This document shows, piece after piece, positions 22,599-35,809 of a stretch of DNA of 64,000 nucleotides (its first letter is position 1; each line of letters begins with the position of its first letter). A program made the translations under genes and the position numbers. Origin of the DNA: Batkoa obscura (Eukaryota); NCBI GenBank assembly GCA_030770535.1, contig JASVEC010000013.1, forward strand, positions 744,001 to 808,000, read 5' to 3'. The notes under the pieces were generated by a model. That model did no database searches. It saw only the letters and a program-made list of their open reading frames with translations, and had not been told where the DNA came from.

Positions 22599-24307
22599 TT
22601 ATACACTTAATAAATTAAGAGTATTGATCAGCTTTTTCAAATCACATTTAACACTATTTGCATAATCAGTAAGTTTTTCTTTAGAATCGAGCACCTTGAC
22701 CGATTCAGTGTAAGGATCGTATCTTATATGGAAAGGACGGGATAAAGAATCAGCAAATTCATGTACCTTATCTTTAGCATCATTAAAGCTTTCTGCAACA
22801 TAATAAACCTAGCAAATTGATAAGTTTAAATTTTGAAATTAAAAATATTATACTTACAGGTTGAAACTTGATGATAGGATATTTAGTGGTTGCTGTAACC
22901 TTAGGATCAAATGGTCTTTTTTCAGGCTTATCGGACATGGCATACTAAAAATTTAATATAAGCTTTAGATTGTAGCATAAAAAGGAAATTTTACTTGGAT
23001 TTCGCCATAAGAGGAAAGTATACCAGCACCGTAAACTTTTAATTCGTCCCCTTGTTTGCAGAGCCCGTACTCAATAGTAAACCAATAAATAGTGGCTAGT
23101 TTTTCAATTGCCTCATCTGAAGCTCCCAAAGAAGCCAGCCCGATTTCTTGAGACAAAGCAGCAAACTCAGGATTAGCGAATAGTGGAACATGACCTAACA
23201 GTTCATGACAAACGTCCCTAAAATTATGAATAAAAAATAAAAATAACATAAGTAAAGTTACGGTTCTGGTGAAAAGAAAGGTTCTGAATGGTGGCGTACG
23301 TATTGAGTACAATGAAACACTCTAAAAGCTAAACTGTTTAAAAAGTCCCTTGAGGTTAATAAACCCATTACTGGCTTAAGCGTAAATCCAGTACATTCTA
23401 GTAGTATAATTAGTAAAAAGGGGGCTGTAATTTATCATATAATTACCTTTTAAAAATTTAGATATATCTTCAATCTGTGGAATATTAGAATCATTTAGAC
23501 CACATTTTTTCTCCAATAATGAAAAGGCATCAAGGTATTCCCGACAAGCATGCTTTTCAAAAAGTGCTGTCGTTTGACGGTACACTTGTCCCCTGATTAA
23601 GTATTAATTGATGTTAAATTGTCTTTATAGCTATAATACCAAGTTTTGATCTCAAGGTCAGTATACTCAATGTTAGGAAGAGGTTGGCCACTGTTTTTTG
23701 TTTAGTAAGCAGTGATGAAAATTTTAATATACAAGTTACGTTTTATATACTTTTGCAAGGCTAGTGATTTCGTCACGACGTTGGATATAGTTAAGGTCTC
23801 GGGCCCCTGGGTGATGGGAATCTAGATAATATAATTAAATAACATCATTTATCTTATATCTAGTTACCTAATTCTTCTAACCCTAAAATTTTTTCAGCAA
23901 AAGCATCCAAATCGCTTTTCTTCCTTGGGAACCAAGGTGTATTCTTTAAGGTTTCTAAACATTTTTAACATATATTTTTTAGCATAATTAGCTACAATAC
24001 CATTATCGGAAAATAGAAAAGGGTCCATTTGCTTTATATTTGTAGCTTTAGAGGTAAGATGATCGACCAGTTTGGAAGCTAAATGATGATCTTTAGCACC
24101 AATATCAGCAAAGACATCGTAGGTATTTGGATTTGTTAAACTAGGCCTGGATTTAATACAAATCATTGAAATTTCTAATTCCTTTAAAACAACTAAACAT
24201 TGATCCAAGGTAGCCTTATTGTCTTCTATAGAGAATAAGGTTGGGGAATCTAAGGATCTGTCTTTATTTAATTCTTTTTGAGTTTCACAAGAAAAGTTAG
24301 ATAGCAT
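22599..24307 (-). CDS. PAH: Phenylalanine-4-hydroxylase (biopterin-dependent aromatic amino acid hydroxylase) with ACT domain, multi-exon
   Basis: IKSRPS (ACT), [69 protein letters not shown]. Confidence 0.93.
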
Positions 24308-25682
24308 ATTAATCAGATTTTTTTTCTTAATTTTTCAATTTTTGACTTTTATACTTGTTCCTTGTACAACCATTTAAATCCGAATTTTTTAATCTTTATT
24401 TGAGCCAATCGCTAACCCACATTTTTTAGTCGTGAAATCATCAATACATCTAGACTAGTATAGTAAGAGCCTATTTCTACTTTTCTTGGACTCATTTTTG
24501 AACAGTTTACATACAGTTATTGTAACTAAATGTTATTATATTGTCTTGAGAATACTATTATTCTCTGGGGCATTGATTTGGTATATCAATAGTGTGACTA
24601 AAGGTTTTAATAAAGATCAAATACGAATATAGAACTAATAATAGTTATTTAAAGGATAATATTTATTTTTAAATTATTTTGACTCCACAAAGACAAGGTT
24701 GGGATGGTTATGTCCGAAACAGAATAACAATATATTTACTTTTTTGAAATACATTGATAAATACATTGATTTTTTTCAAATGTATTGATAGATAGATTGA
24801 TCGGGAAATTACATTTCTTAAATAGAAATGCCTATTTAAAATCAAATCTATATTATTTTTAATTAAAATTAGGTATTAAGTTGTTTAAAATGGCAATTTT
24901 GGCGCAAATATGAAAATATATCATTAAGAACCTAATGTTACTTTATTTAAGCTATAGTGCCACAGTGGTGCCACATTACAATTATTGAAGTAGTAAAAGA
25001 ATTATTCAAATTTGATCCAGGTGATAGAAAATTAATCAAATAGGTTAAAAAATTAAAAAAATAATCTGATAAAATAGAATTTTTTAACATAAAAGTCAAA
25101 AATTAGTATTATCGAAAAACTCGAAAAACTATTTATCTCTTGAAGTTACTATTCCATATGGGTTTGTATAATATCAAATAAAAAAATCATTTGTTTTAAT
25201 ATAATGTTTTTTGCTACCGCTTTCTCAAAAAGCTTTTAAATGAGGAATTTTAATGATTTGGTATTACTTTTAGAACACCGTATTTTCTAATATATTTGAA
25301 CAATATAAAAACATGATACTTGGAATTGTGAAAGGTGTAGCTAATAAACGAATAGCCTGTCTCTAAAAAACCAAACTTTTAGAGATATTTTACGCTTATT
25401 ATACTCTAGTTTTCTTAAAATAGTATCTTACATTATTTATTAAATATCCTGATTTCTATCAAGTGGTGAAGGGTAATCAGGCATGGAAAGTTTAAATTTG
25501 CTTTATATTTCTTGTAATTTATGGTAAGGCAATAGGTATTTCTTGGTAAGATATACCATTTGATGATTGCATTATGTAGTGTTTAAGCTTTTGGGTATAT
25601 ATATATATATTTGTGATATAATCACCAGGCCAAATTTAAATCACATCTTTATCTAGAGTATGCGCCATTTTAGTTACTATAT

Positions 25683-25781
25683 GGGGATGTATTTTTTTGT
25701 TTAAGAATTTTACTAACAATATTTCCGCTCAAATAGCGCTTAAAAAATAGAAAAATTGATGAAACCAAAAAAAACACCCCC
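25683..25781 (+). mobile_element. MITE (~98-bp family, near-consensus copy)
   Basis: GGGGATGTATTTTTTTGTTTAAGAATTTTACTAAC...CCGCTCAAATAGCGCTT...GATGAAACCAAAAAAAACACCCCC with ATAT TSD. Confidence 0.9.
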
Positions 25782-26217
25782 ATATAGGGTTTATTTGTTG
25801 ATTTTCAATCTGCTTTTTTAACGAAATTAACGAATTACAATAATTGTATCAGTAGTATTTGCATAATTTTAAAGAATGTCCTGTGTACTTTCTATGAAAA
25901 ATAAACTTTGAAATAGCCAATCGAAAACAAAATTAGAATCTGTTACAAAAAATCAAAAATACAAAAAAACTAAAATGGCTAGCTCTTTCTTTTTTAACTG
26001 CAAAAACCTTGCTACTAAAGAACTATCCCACATCCTTCTCGTCTCAAAAAGTCTAGATCTCTGTCTTTTGACTCCTTTTTTAATCAAAACTCATAATTGA
26101 GTTACCTAATTCTATCATTAAATTGATCCTTCTATTTTATAAGTACTTCACTTACTTCCAATACACACTGCCATAAACTTTTTATTTCTAATCTTTGTCT
26201 TGTACAACTAAACAAAC

Positions 26218-26316
26218 GGGAGTGTTTTTTTTGGCTTCATTATTTTTTCTATCTTTTAAGCGCTATTTGAGCGGAAAAATGGTTAGTAAAATTCTTAAAC
26301 AAAAAAACATATCCCC
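26218..26316 (-). mobile_element. MITE (~98-bp family)
   Basis: Family consensus, flanks AAAC/AAAT. Confidence 0.85.
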
Positions 26317-27269
26317 AAATATTACAAAATTCGTCTTGAATTTAGAAAAAAGCTGAAATACAGGTAAAAACCTATAGTTATCATGGATTATTATTAAACA
26401 CAGTAGGATTCCATATAAATAAAATAAAATAAAGACATAATTTTATCTTACAAAAATAATGAGCATTAATAACGAAACAGCTAATGTATACTAAGTAAAT
26501 CATCATAAAGTACTATTCTTAAGATTTAAGCTACAATTTATTTTATAATTGTTAATTGTAAAATTAAAATATTTAGATAAATTATTAAATATGTTATTAG
26601 TTTGTTAACAATGTGTAAAGTTGTTTTTACAAATAATGCTTTTTAAATAATAAAGACAGCTTTTAAAAAATAATATTAAATTAAATAAACACAGGCTTCC
26701 TTTTTAAAACTAAATTAATAGCTTTTTCACTTTTGACTGTTTAGTAAAAAGGTAAAGAGATATAAAAAAACATTCCCATATACTTGAATCATTTAAATTT
26801 AAAATAATGAGCAAAAGGCTAATCTAAATTAATACTATTAGACAATTCGAATAATTAACATGATATTTTTAATTTAAAGATAATACTTAATGCACAATTT
26901 ATATTTAAAATAGCCCAAGTTTAAATTATAATAAACTTTAAAACTTTAACCAATAAAGTTAATATTCTAATAATATGCTTTTAGAACAAACTATTAAATT
27001 ATAAAACTTGCTTTCATAGTTTGGTAATAAATATGTATTTTGAAAAAAATTCATCAGTGTAAATAAATTATAGAAAAAATTGAACATAACAACATGACGA
27101 TAAATCTGCGCTTTTAAATAGATATAAAGTGGTTTGATGTTCACCAATATGACATAGAAATACACAACTATGAATAATCATACACGTGACTTTTATTTTA
27201 AATTTAAGGACTAATAATCAAATTAAGTAATTCATTGTGAAATATATCATGACACATAAAAGCTTATAA

Positions 27270-27368
27270 GGGGATATATTTTTTTGTTTAAGAATTTTAC
27301 TAACCATTTTTCCGCTCAAATAGCGCTTAAAAGATAGAAAAAATAATGAAGCCAAAAAAGACACCCCA
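27270..27368 (+). mobile_element. MITE (~98-bp family)
   Basis: Family consensus, ATAA flanks, nearly identical (inverted) to 26218-26316. Confidence 0.85.
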
Positions 27369-27695
27369 ATAACCTATTAACGAAAAGGAGATTGAAAGGA
27401 GCAAGTTCAAGCCTTATTGATATGTTGTTATTTGCTATAACATGGGTCGTTTTTAACATTACTATACGTATTTTCAGGCAAAAACATGATAAAAGATGTA
27501 AATAATTTAGTGGTTAATTCCAGTTTGCTCACATAAATATTATGAATACAAGTTAAAACTTGTTTAGTTTATACCTTGATTTTAATGCATTTCCTTGTTC
27601 CTATTCTTAATGTTATTAAAGTAGTTCCAATCCTTAATTTTAATTATATAAAAAGAAAAGAAAATTTTAAGTACGTAAATTCTTATCTCAAATAA

Positions 27696-28430
27696 ATGGT
27701 ATCAAATAAAACAACAATAAAGAAAGATATAAAAGTCCAGTTAAAAGCAATATTTAAGCTTTTAAAAGTAAATAAAACCAAAGATAAGAAGGATGCTAGT
27801 ATGTTCTCGAATATAGTACTGAAAAACCCAGCGGGGGAAGATGTTCTGTTAGAAGAAAAGTGGAATGATAAAACAGTGTTACTAAAAGTATTACCAAGAT
27901 TAGGCTGTTGCTTATGTCGTCATGAAGTTTTAATGTTAAAAAGGCTCCAATCGATCTTGGATGAAAATAAAATTCATTTAGTTGCAGTTGCTTTTGAAGA
28001 TATCGACTTGACTGATTTCTTAAGCGGGTATTGGGACTGGGATATATTATTGGATGTAGAGAGGAAGGTATATCATGCAGCAGGGTTAGTCAAATTGAGC
28101 GATAAGGAGCTGGATAGTCAGATGAGTAATAAACTTTTCAAATGGATCGATGAATATATTATGAACGTGCTTAAAGTCAAAGACTCTGGTAATGGAGACT
28201 TCAAACAACTGGGTGGTATGTTTATCATAAATCCAGATAAAAGTATAATTTACGAGTTTAAACCAAATAAACTTGCTTTATTTCCTTGCATCAAAGAAAT
28301 ATGTCAAGTAATTGGTGCTGATGAAAACGATATTGAAGATGATGTCCCCTCATCCTTCATTGTTAAATCAAAATATTTAAGAAAAAGCCCAAGTAAGTCT
28401 AGCTCACACAACTCTGATGGATCTCAATAA
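27696..28430 (+). CDS. Peroxiredoxin-like 2 (PRXL2/FAM213, AhpC-TSA-type) protein, copy A
   Basis: PRLGCCLCR (CxxC), LVAVAFE, ILLDVERKVYHAAGL and GDFKQLGGMFII motifs; intronless 244 aa. Confidence 0.85.
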   Translation: MVSNKTTIKKDIKVQLKAIFKLLKVNKTKDKKDASMFSNIVLKNPAGEDVLLEEKWNDKTVLLKVLPRLGCCLCRHEVLMLKRLQSILDENKIHLVAVAFEDIDLTDFLSGYWDWDILLDVERKVYHAAGLVKLSDKELDSQMSNKLFKWIDEYIMNVLKVKDSGNGDFKQLGGMFIINPDKSIIYEFKPNKLALFPCIKEICQVIGADENDIEDDVPSSFIVKSKYLRKSPSKSSSHNSDGSQ

Positions 28431-29814
28431 ACCAGTATTTAATTTTAATAAAGCATATAGAGTTATACATATATTGTCCTTTCTTAGTAACGATTGTATT
28501 TAAAGCATTTTATTAGATAAGGTTGTAAGTGAACTTGTTATCTTAAAAAGGTAGCTCTAAACAGTTTTATTTGCGTTGCTTTATTAGCAGCAATGTTTTT
28601 TTAGAGAGTCTGTGTCTGAGATAGTATTTATTAAATCAATAACATAAGAATAAGTATTGTTTTTGCTAATTACCTTGTTAGGATTAAATTAATATTTGTT
28701 TAAAAGCAATGGTTGTTACACATGCAAAGTTTAAATAAAATATAACATTATGATTTCATAACAATTTTTCTTAGCACACTTCTGAATAACTTGTAACATC
28801 GTTTTTATTTTACAAATGTGGCTTACATATTGTCATATTGCCAATACGACTTTGTTTAAATACAAAGTTATACTGGCTACTTGTTTATTAATATATCATG
28901 CAGTATATTTAAACTTTAAACATCATCATTACAAATTTGATTAACTTCAAGCTTTAATTTAAAGAACTGTAGTATTTAAAATGATCTGTTTTGCTTACAA
29001 TTTGCTTGGGAGACGAAATGTTTTACCTAAGAAATTATTTTTATACTTAATCACCTTTCATTCATCAAAACCCAACTTTACTTGTGGACGCTTAGAATTT
29101 TAACCCCCAGAAAATAGTAATTAGGTGGCATATCTGCCTTTCGGTTTTTGCATTTTATATTGGAGCATTTTTACTGTATAAAAATTTAATTACAAACCCC
29201 GTCTTTCCCCTGATAATAAAACGATAATCTAGGGAATAATATCCCCCCATTAGTTATAGGCCAGGATTCACTTAGAACTTAGGGGATAACTTTTCAAACA
29301 TATCTAAGTGTCAAGAAAATGTTAAAAATTATGGTTAAACATCTAATAAATAATTCTTTCTGTTAAATGCTTACAATAATAATAAAATATCCTACTTTTT
29401 TTGAAAAAATCCTGAGAAGTGTAGAATTTTGTATATTTTTAAATAACAAATCTGTTGAATAGCTTAATTCTGCTTTGGGAATTTTGAACTACAGATTTAA
29501 AAATAAGCATTATAGTTTTTGATCTTTATCTAAATTAAGTGAAGAGATTTAGAATATCAAATATTTAAGATTATAGGGGTCAACAAATGATATGCATTTC
29601 ATAAAAATATACAAATATATATATTTTTTTTCAATTCGATTTAAATTTAAATTTAAATATAAACTTTATACGACTCATTTTAGAACTATATAAAAAAGCG
29701 ATTACAGGATGTAGTTTTTTCGTTATTTTTCCTATTATTTAAATAGTTTATAATATAATAGTATTTAATTTGTTGAAAAAGAAAAAACATTATCTTAGTT
29801 AACAAAGGCTATAT

Positions 29815-29912
29815 GGGGATGTATTTTTGTGTTTAACAATTTTATTAACAATTTTTCCGCTCAAATAGCGCTTAAAAGATGGAAAAAGTAATGAAGCCAA
29901 AAAAACATCACG
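29815..29912 (+). mobile_element. MITE (~98-bp family)
   Basis: Family consensus, ATAT TSD. Confidence 0.85.
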
Positions 29913-30559
29913 ATATCAGCAGTTTTTTTAATCTTTTATCAATAAGTAGCTCATTATAAATTATTTGTAAACTTACTACTATTTATCTTTTGAATCTAGC
30001 TCAGATAAACGTAAATTTTATCCTCTTGTTTCTCTCTAAGTTTCCAATTTATTTTTTTATTGAAATAAAACATTCGGGGTTCTTAACCTTTCAAAGTTAT
30101 AAACAATCATGACCTTTGTTTTTGGTATTTATACTCTATTTACTACTTTTGCAAAACAGAACCGTAAAAAATTGAACTTTTCGGTTTAAATATGCATACT
30201 TTACTATGCATGAGAAAAGTGTCTACAAATTTTGAAGATGTAGCTTTAAATATTCAATCAATAGAATAATATTCTACATATATATTAATTACATACATTG
30301 AGCATAAATATAGAATAATAGCTGATTTCCAATTACTGATTTTAGCGATATTGACATTTAAAGCTAAATCCTTAGAATTTATGGATAACTTTTTTCATGC
30401 GCTGTAAGGATACAAAATTCAAGACTTTTTTAGTCTGTACCATAATTTTGATGTTTTTTTGCTCTTATTCTTATTAATATAAAAGTAGCTATAACACTTA
30501 GCTTTGATAATATAAAAATAAAATAAAATTTTAAATATGTAAATTCTTATTTCAAATAA

Positions 30560-31294
30560 ATGGTATCAAATAAAACAACAATAAAGAAAGATATAAAAGT
30601 CCAGTTAAAAGCAATATTTAAGCTTTTAAAAGTAAATAAAACCAAAGATAAGAAGGATGCTAGTATGTTCTCGAATATAGTACTGAAAAACCCAGCGGGG
30701 GAAGATGTTCTGTTAGAAGAAAAGTGGAATGATAAAACAGTGTTACTAAAAGTATTACCAAGATTAGGCTGTTGCTTATGTCGTCATGAAGTTTTAATGT
30801 TAAAAAGGCTCCAATCGATCTTGGATGAAAATAAAATTCATTTAGTTGCAGTTGCTTTTGAAGATATCGACTTGACTGATTTCTTAAGCGGGTATTGGGA
30901 CTGGGATATATTATTGGATGTAGAGAGGAAGGTATATCATGCAGCAGGGTTAGTCAAATTGAGCGATAAGGAGCTGGATAGTCAGATGAGTAGTAAATTT
31001 GTTAAAATGGTAGACGACTATGTTATGGATGTGCTTAAAGTCAAAGACTCTGGTAATGGAGACTTCAAACAACTGGGTGGTATGTTTATCATAAATCCAG
31101 ATAAAAGTATAATTTACGAGTTTAAACCAAATAAACTTGCTTTATTTCCTTGCATCAAAGAAATATGTCAAGTAATTGGTGCTGATGAAAACGATATTGA
31201 AGATGATGTCCCCTCATCCTTCATTGTTAAATCAAAACATTTCAAGAAAAGCTCAAGCACACTTGGCTCTTATATTTTTGATATCACAAAATAA
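30560..31294 (+). CDS. Peroxiredoxin-like 2 (PRXL2/FAM213, AhpC-TSA-type) protein, copy B
   Basis: Tandem paralog of 27696-28430 with the same motifs. Confidence 0.85.
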   Translation: MVSNKTTIKKDIKVQLKAIFKLLKVNKTKDKKDASMFSNIVLKNPAGEDVLLEEKWNDKTVLLKVLPRLGCCLCRHEVLMLKRLQSILDENKIHLVAVAFEDIDLTDFLSGYWDWDILLDVERKVYHAAGLVKLSDKELDSQMSSKFVKMVDDYVMDVLKVKDSGNGDFKQLGGMFIINPDKSIIYEFKPNKLALFPCIKEICQVIGADENDIEDDVPSSFIVKSKHFKKSSSTLGSYIFDITK

Positions 31295-31394
31295 ATATAA
31301 TATTCAGCTATAATATAACAAATATCATTATATATATCATTGTCGCTTCGAAATTTATAATTTCGTATTGCTATCGTGTTAAATGATATTATAT

Positions 31395-31488
31395 GGGGAT
31401 GTTTTTTCTGGTTCCATTACTTTTTCCATTTTTTAAGCGCTACTTGAGCGAAAAGATTGTTAGTAATGAAACCAAAAAAAACATCCCC
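31395..31488. mobile_element. MITE variant carrying the right-type end on both sides
   Basis: ggggatgttttttctggttccattac...gtaatgaaaccaaaaaaaacatcccc with ATAT TSD. Confidence 0.8.
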
Positions 31489-32971
31489 ATATCTAGTTTC
31501 ATAGAGAGCTATTAAAAGAACCTTTTGAAAATAAATACGTGCACGTTTAAGCAACTTATTGTGTTTTAAATTTATCAAATGAATTATAATCAATAAACTA
31601 CTAATTTAATAATAAACATTATATTATTCGATCTTAATATAAACTGAGTCAGGAATTTTCTAATATATCAAGTACTCAGATCTATGGGAGTCAACAAAAT
31701 CCCTTCTTATAAGTGTGTATAAATTTCCATAAATTTTTTCAATTACTTATAGTAGCACTAGGGGTTCCTTTGGAAATGTCTTAATCTTAAAGATTTTCAA
31801 TCTATTAAAACCTTATTTTTGAAACCTATTCTTTAATACTCCAAAGCTTGAAAATATTATTCATACTTTTACTAATAATAATGTTTATTTGCTTTTATAG
31901 CCTTTTTTAATTTTTTAATAAATTAACTAGTAAATAATTTGGTTTCATAAATTTTAACCTTTGATAATAATAATGAAGTAATGAAACTAAAAATAAAAAC
32001 ATGAACAATTAATAAAAGCGTATTAAACTTATCGTGTATTGATATTATTTTTAAGTAATTTTGTATTTTAAGCTTATTATTCCTCTGTTTTGGTTTATAA
32101 ATCTTACAAAAAAATATAAACAATCGTTTTAATTTTGAAATTTTGAAATTTATCCAAATTTAGAAAAATCTACCTACCTACCTTTTCCTCTGATTTCAGC
32201 TATCCTTATCCTCATCATTTAGTTCTTTTATACATTTACTTACCTCCAACAATAAACCGCTTGGGAATTTACTTCCTCCAAGATTTTCTTAAAGAAAAAA
32301 CTATAAATTTAAAACATTTAAGTCTGTTTATATTTATTTTATTTTATTTTATCCACATATAATCAATGTTACTTTATATACACATTATAATAAGTATTCT
32401 ATGTTTTAATTAGTATAAAAAATCCATCATTTTAAGACTGGATTAGACTGCTTTTTGAAATTCGGAAGAGTTAGCAACGCTTAAGTGCTTTATAAAAAGC
32501 AAAATAAAATCCAAGTGAAGACACCAATAGTTCTTATAGAAGTAAAAAAATAAGAACATTAGACTAAAGGAAGTAAGCATTTATTTATCTAAGTAGGCAT
32601 TTATGCTATTACTTTCACTTTAAGCCCCTACAATTCTAGATTTTTAATAGCTTTTACTACATAACCTTTAGCAGTAGATATGAATTATTTTGCACCATTT
32701 CAGTTTTATTGTGAAGTAGCTAATGAAATGGAATATGAAAAATAAATGGATTTAGTGTTATAACATTTATTTATCAATAATTAATTACTCAAGCTTTCAC
32801 TCAAAGCAAGCATCAATAGAAATAAAAAAATACATTTATTAGCATAAAGAAACTAGAAAGTTTGGACAAGAACAATATTGAAGTTTAATATTAATCTTGT
32901 AACTTTTAAAATAAAGTCAAGTAAAACTAAAGCATACATCTAAAAGAAAAGGAACAATTATTAAATAGGTT

Positions 32972-35809
32972 TCAATTGATGTTAAGGGCAATATAAGAGG
33001 TCGAAGTTTTGGAATCTTTTGGCTCATTTGGTTGTACACTACCGGGATTTATGCTTGCAGCGGTAGTGGGCATAAAATAAGAGTTATTTTGGTTAAAAAG
33101 ATTGGGACTTGGCGTTGACATACTTGTAATATAGTTTGGTAACGTGGCTTGGGTTTGAGCCTGGCTATTCCATCCCCAAGACCAGTTTCCAGGATTATCT
33201 TGAGTATTTGGCATCCCAGGATTCATCCCAGGATTGAATGATGGAAAATTGGGATCGTGTTGAATTGGCAAAGTTTGATTCTGAAGGAAATGTCCAGAAT
33301 GAGCCATGGCTTCATCGAAAAGAAGACGACGATATCCCATAAGTTGTTGATGATCTATATATTGACTATTATATTTTGTTACCGACATTTGAATTGAAGC
33401 TTTGGTTTCTTCATCTAAATATGGAGAATTTAATATTTTTTGTACAAATTGGTTTCCTTGGCTATAATCAGTAAGAATATCTTTGATTACAGGTCCAGAG
33501 TTTTGGAAAAAGAGTTTATAAAGAAGGTATTCACGTGCTTGTGAATCGAGTTGCTGATTAATTAATCGAACGATTATTGAAGAAGCTAACTTATGGCAGC
33601 ACAGCTGTGATAAATGGCCACTCAAATTGACTACAATACCCATATAATGCTCAGTAAATTGAGAGTCAAGTATCCAATTTAACAAGAGTGAACCATTAGC
33701 ATTAGTAGAAAGAGAATAGGCATTACGCATAAGTGCTTCGGAAACTAATTCTTTTTGTTTTTGTGTAGTAAATTGACTATCTAAACAAGTACGTATTGCT
33801 CTTGCACCATAGCGTCCCTGTGCAATTTCGGAGCATCGAGAGTAAATAGCATCAAAAATAAATTGGTTGTTAGGGGATTCAAATTTTAAACAACATTGGA
33901 CTACATAGTTTCCAAATTGGTCCAAAAGAAGTGCAGGTGTAAAAGGTTTTAAAGCAGCAGCTATTGGAACAACCTTGTAAGGTAAAGTTAGATTTATAAA
34001 ATGTTGTAATTTCAAATAAATACCTGTGCGTCTGTATCAGCACATTCGATCATTTTTTGAATAGCCCAAGTACCATTTTTATCTATTTTATGTTTTAATA
34101 AATATCGAGATAATGGTTATTTAACTTACGAATTCCAATAGCTGCCATATATGGTGCAACAGAATTTATGAGTATTGTTTTTTGTTCTTCAGTTCCATGT
34201 TCAATAAGCTTTTGAATAATAATATTCCCAATGTAATCTATCAATCATATTAATTATATGCCTTTAAAATAGAGTAAAATATCTTACCTGAGCAAAGATC
34301 TACCCATGAATCTTTAGTTTCTTCAAAAGAGCTATCAATTGCTTCGGTATTAGGTTCCGATTCAAGCAATTTACGAAGTTCTCTCAATCTGGTTGGTTCA
34401 ACTCTTTTCTTGAAAGTAGGGTTTGGGATAGGTGGTAAGGTAACTGCATATTCGTATGACATAAGAAGTTCTATTGAAATGTTAAATTTTGAATCAAAAA
34501 ATTATCAACTTTGATTTACCGTGCTTTTTTAAGCCTCTAGTTGAAACCTCAGCTATAGCTAGCTTAAAATCTTCTGCTTGTTGGTTATAATAGTCTATAG
34601 TCTATTATATGTTATTAGATTTTTACTTTAGATTTTTGAAATAATATACTTTTTTATAGAAACTATTGGCTTCTTGACTATTAAAAAAATAAGTATATTT
34701 GATTTTGATTTTGAATATTTCATTACCTAACACCAGAATTGTTTTGATTTAAGCCTGAAGGATCAGTAGCAAGATTACCTAATTCGTTATTTAGCGTCAA
34801 AAAATTTTAAGATAAATTTAGTACCTTGGCTAGAATTAGCTGTGTTTGTTTGATCGTTAGCTGGTTCCTGTAAAAATTAGTTTTAGTTGACTAAATATCT
34901 ATATTAATACTAACTCTATAAAAATTGACTTTCAGAAGTGACTCTAAAAATTCTTTGTTGTTCATACTAGTTTGAGCATTCTTTGCTTCTTCTGCGTTAG
35001 AAAATGTAACATAACCAACTCCGTCTTTCTTGACCATTTGTACAGATTCAACATCTCCGTATTTGGAAAGTTCAACTGTCAATTTGCTAAGAGTAGTATC
35101 AAGACTCAAATTCTCTAACTTAAGAGATAAGCATTCTAAATCCTAGTCAAATTAATAAATGTTATATATTGTTCATAATCAAATCAATTACTTGATCTTT
35201 TTGGGCTCCATCAAGAAGTGTAGATTGTCCAGAAGTAGGGGAATGAATAGTATTTTCACTTTCACCATCACTAATTGCACCCATTGAAGGTGGTCGATTG
35301 CTTTTGAATGGAGGTGCTAAAGGATTATTTCCTGGTAATGTCATCGCTCTATTTCTACGGGAAGCTATAAAATTAAATTTAGGATATTAATTAAAATTAT
35401 TTATAATCATACCATTTAACTTTGGGGAAGGAATAGTTGGGGCATTTAACTCTTCATTTAAACCAAGAAAATCAAGGGTTTTAGCTGCTGAACTTTCATA
35501 ATGGGATAAAAATGAAGTTGGCATCTTTGAAACTCCTTGGTAACTTTTGTTTGAAGAAGTAAATGGATCATCCCAAGAATTGACTTTAGTAATACTAGGG
35601 CTCCCAGTTGATTCCGTTGGATTGATGCTGTAAGAACTAAGACGGTTACGATAAAGAGATGACGTTAAGTCATTTCCAAGGTTACTTTTTTCTTGAGTAG
35701 GGTTATTGATATTAAATTGTTGAATGGAATTCATTGAAGGTAGGGTATCAGCTCTGTTACGACGTAATAAAGAGGGGCTTTTACTTATATTATTATTATC
35801 ATCACTCAT
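32972..35809 (-). CDS. JSN1: Pumilio-family RNA-binding protein with RRM (JSN1/PUF2 type), multi-exon
   Basis: RRM (SKYGDVESVQMV..GYVTFSN), RLRELRK, CSDYIGNIIIQKL, IGIHKNGTWAIQK, DQFGNYVVQCCL, GRYGARAIRTCL. Confidence 0.88.

Noticed and set aside
27895..27925. PRXL2/SelU-like selenoprotein
   Set aside because: The redox motif is encoded TGT TGC TTA TGT with no in-frame TGA, so it is a cysteine homolog.
27270..29912. MITE-mediated duplication of the PRXL2 genes
   Set aside because: The upstream MITEs have different TSDs, flanks and distances to the ATG, so they are independent insertions.
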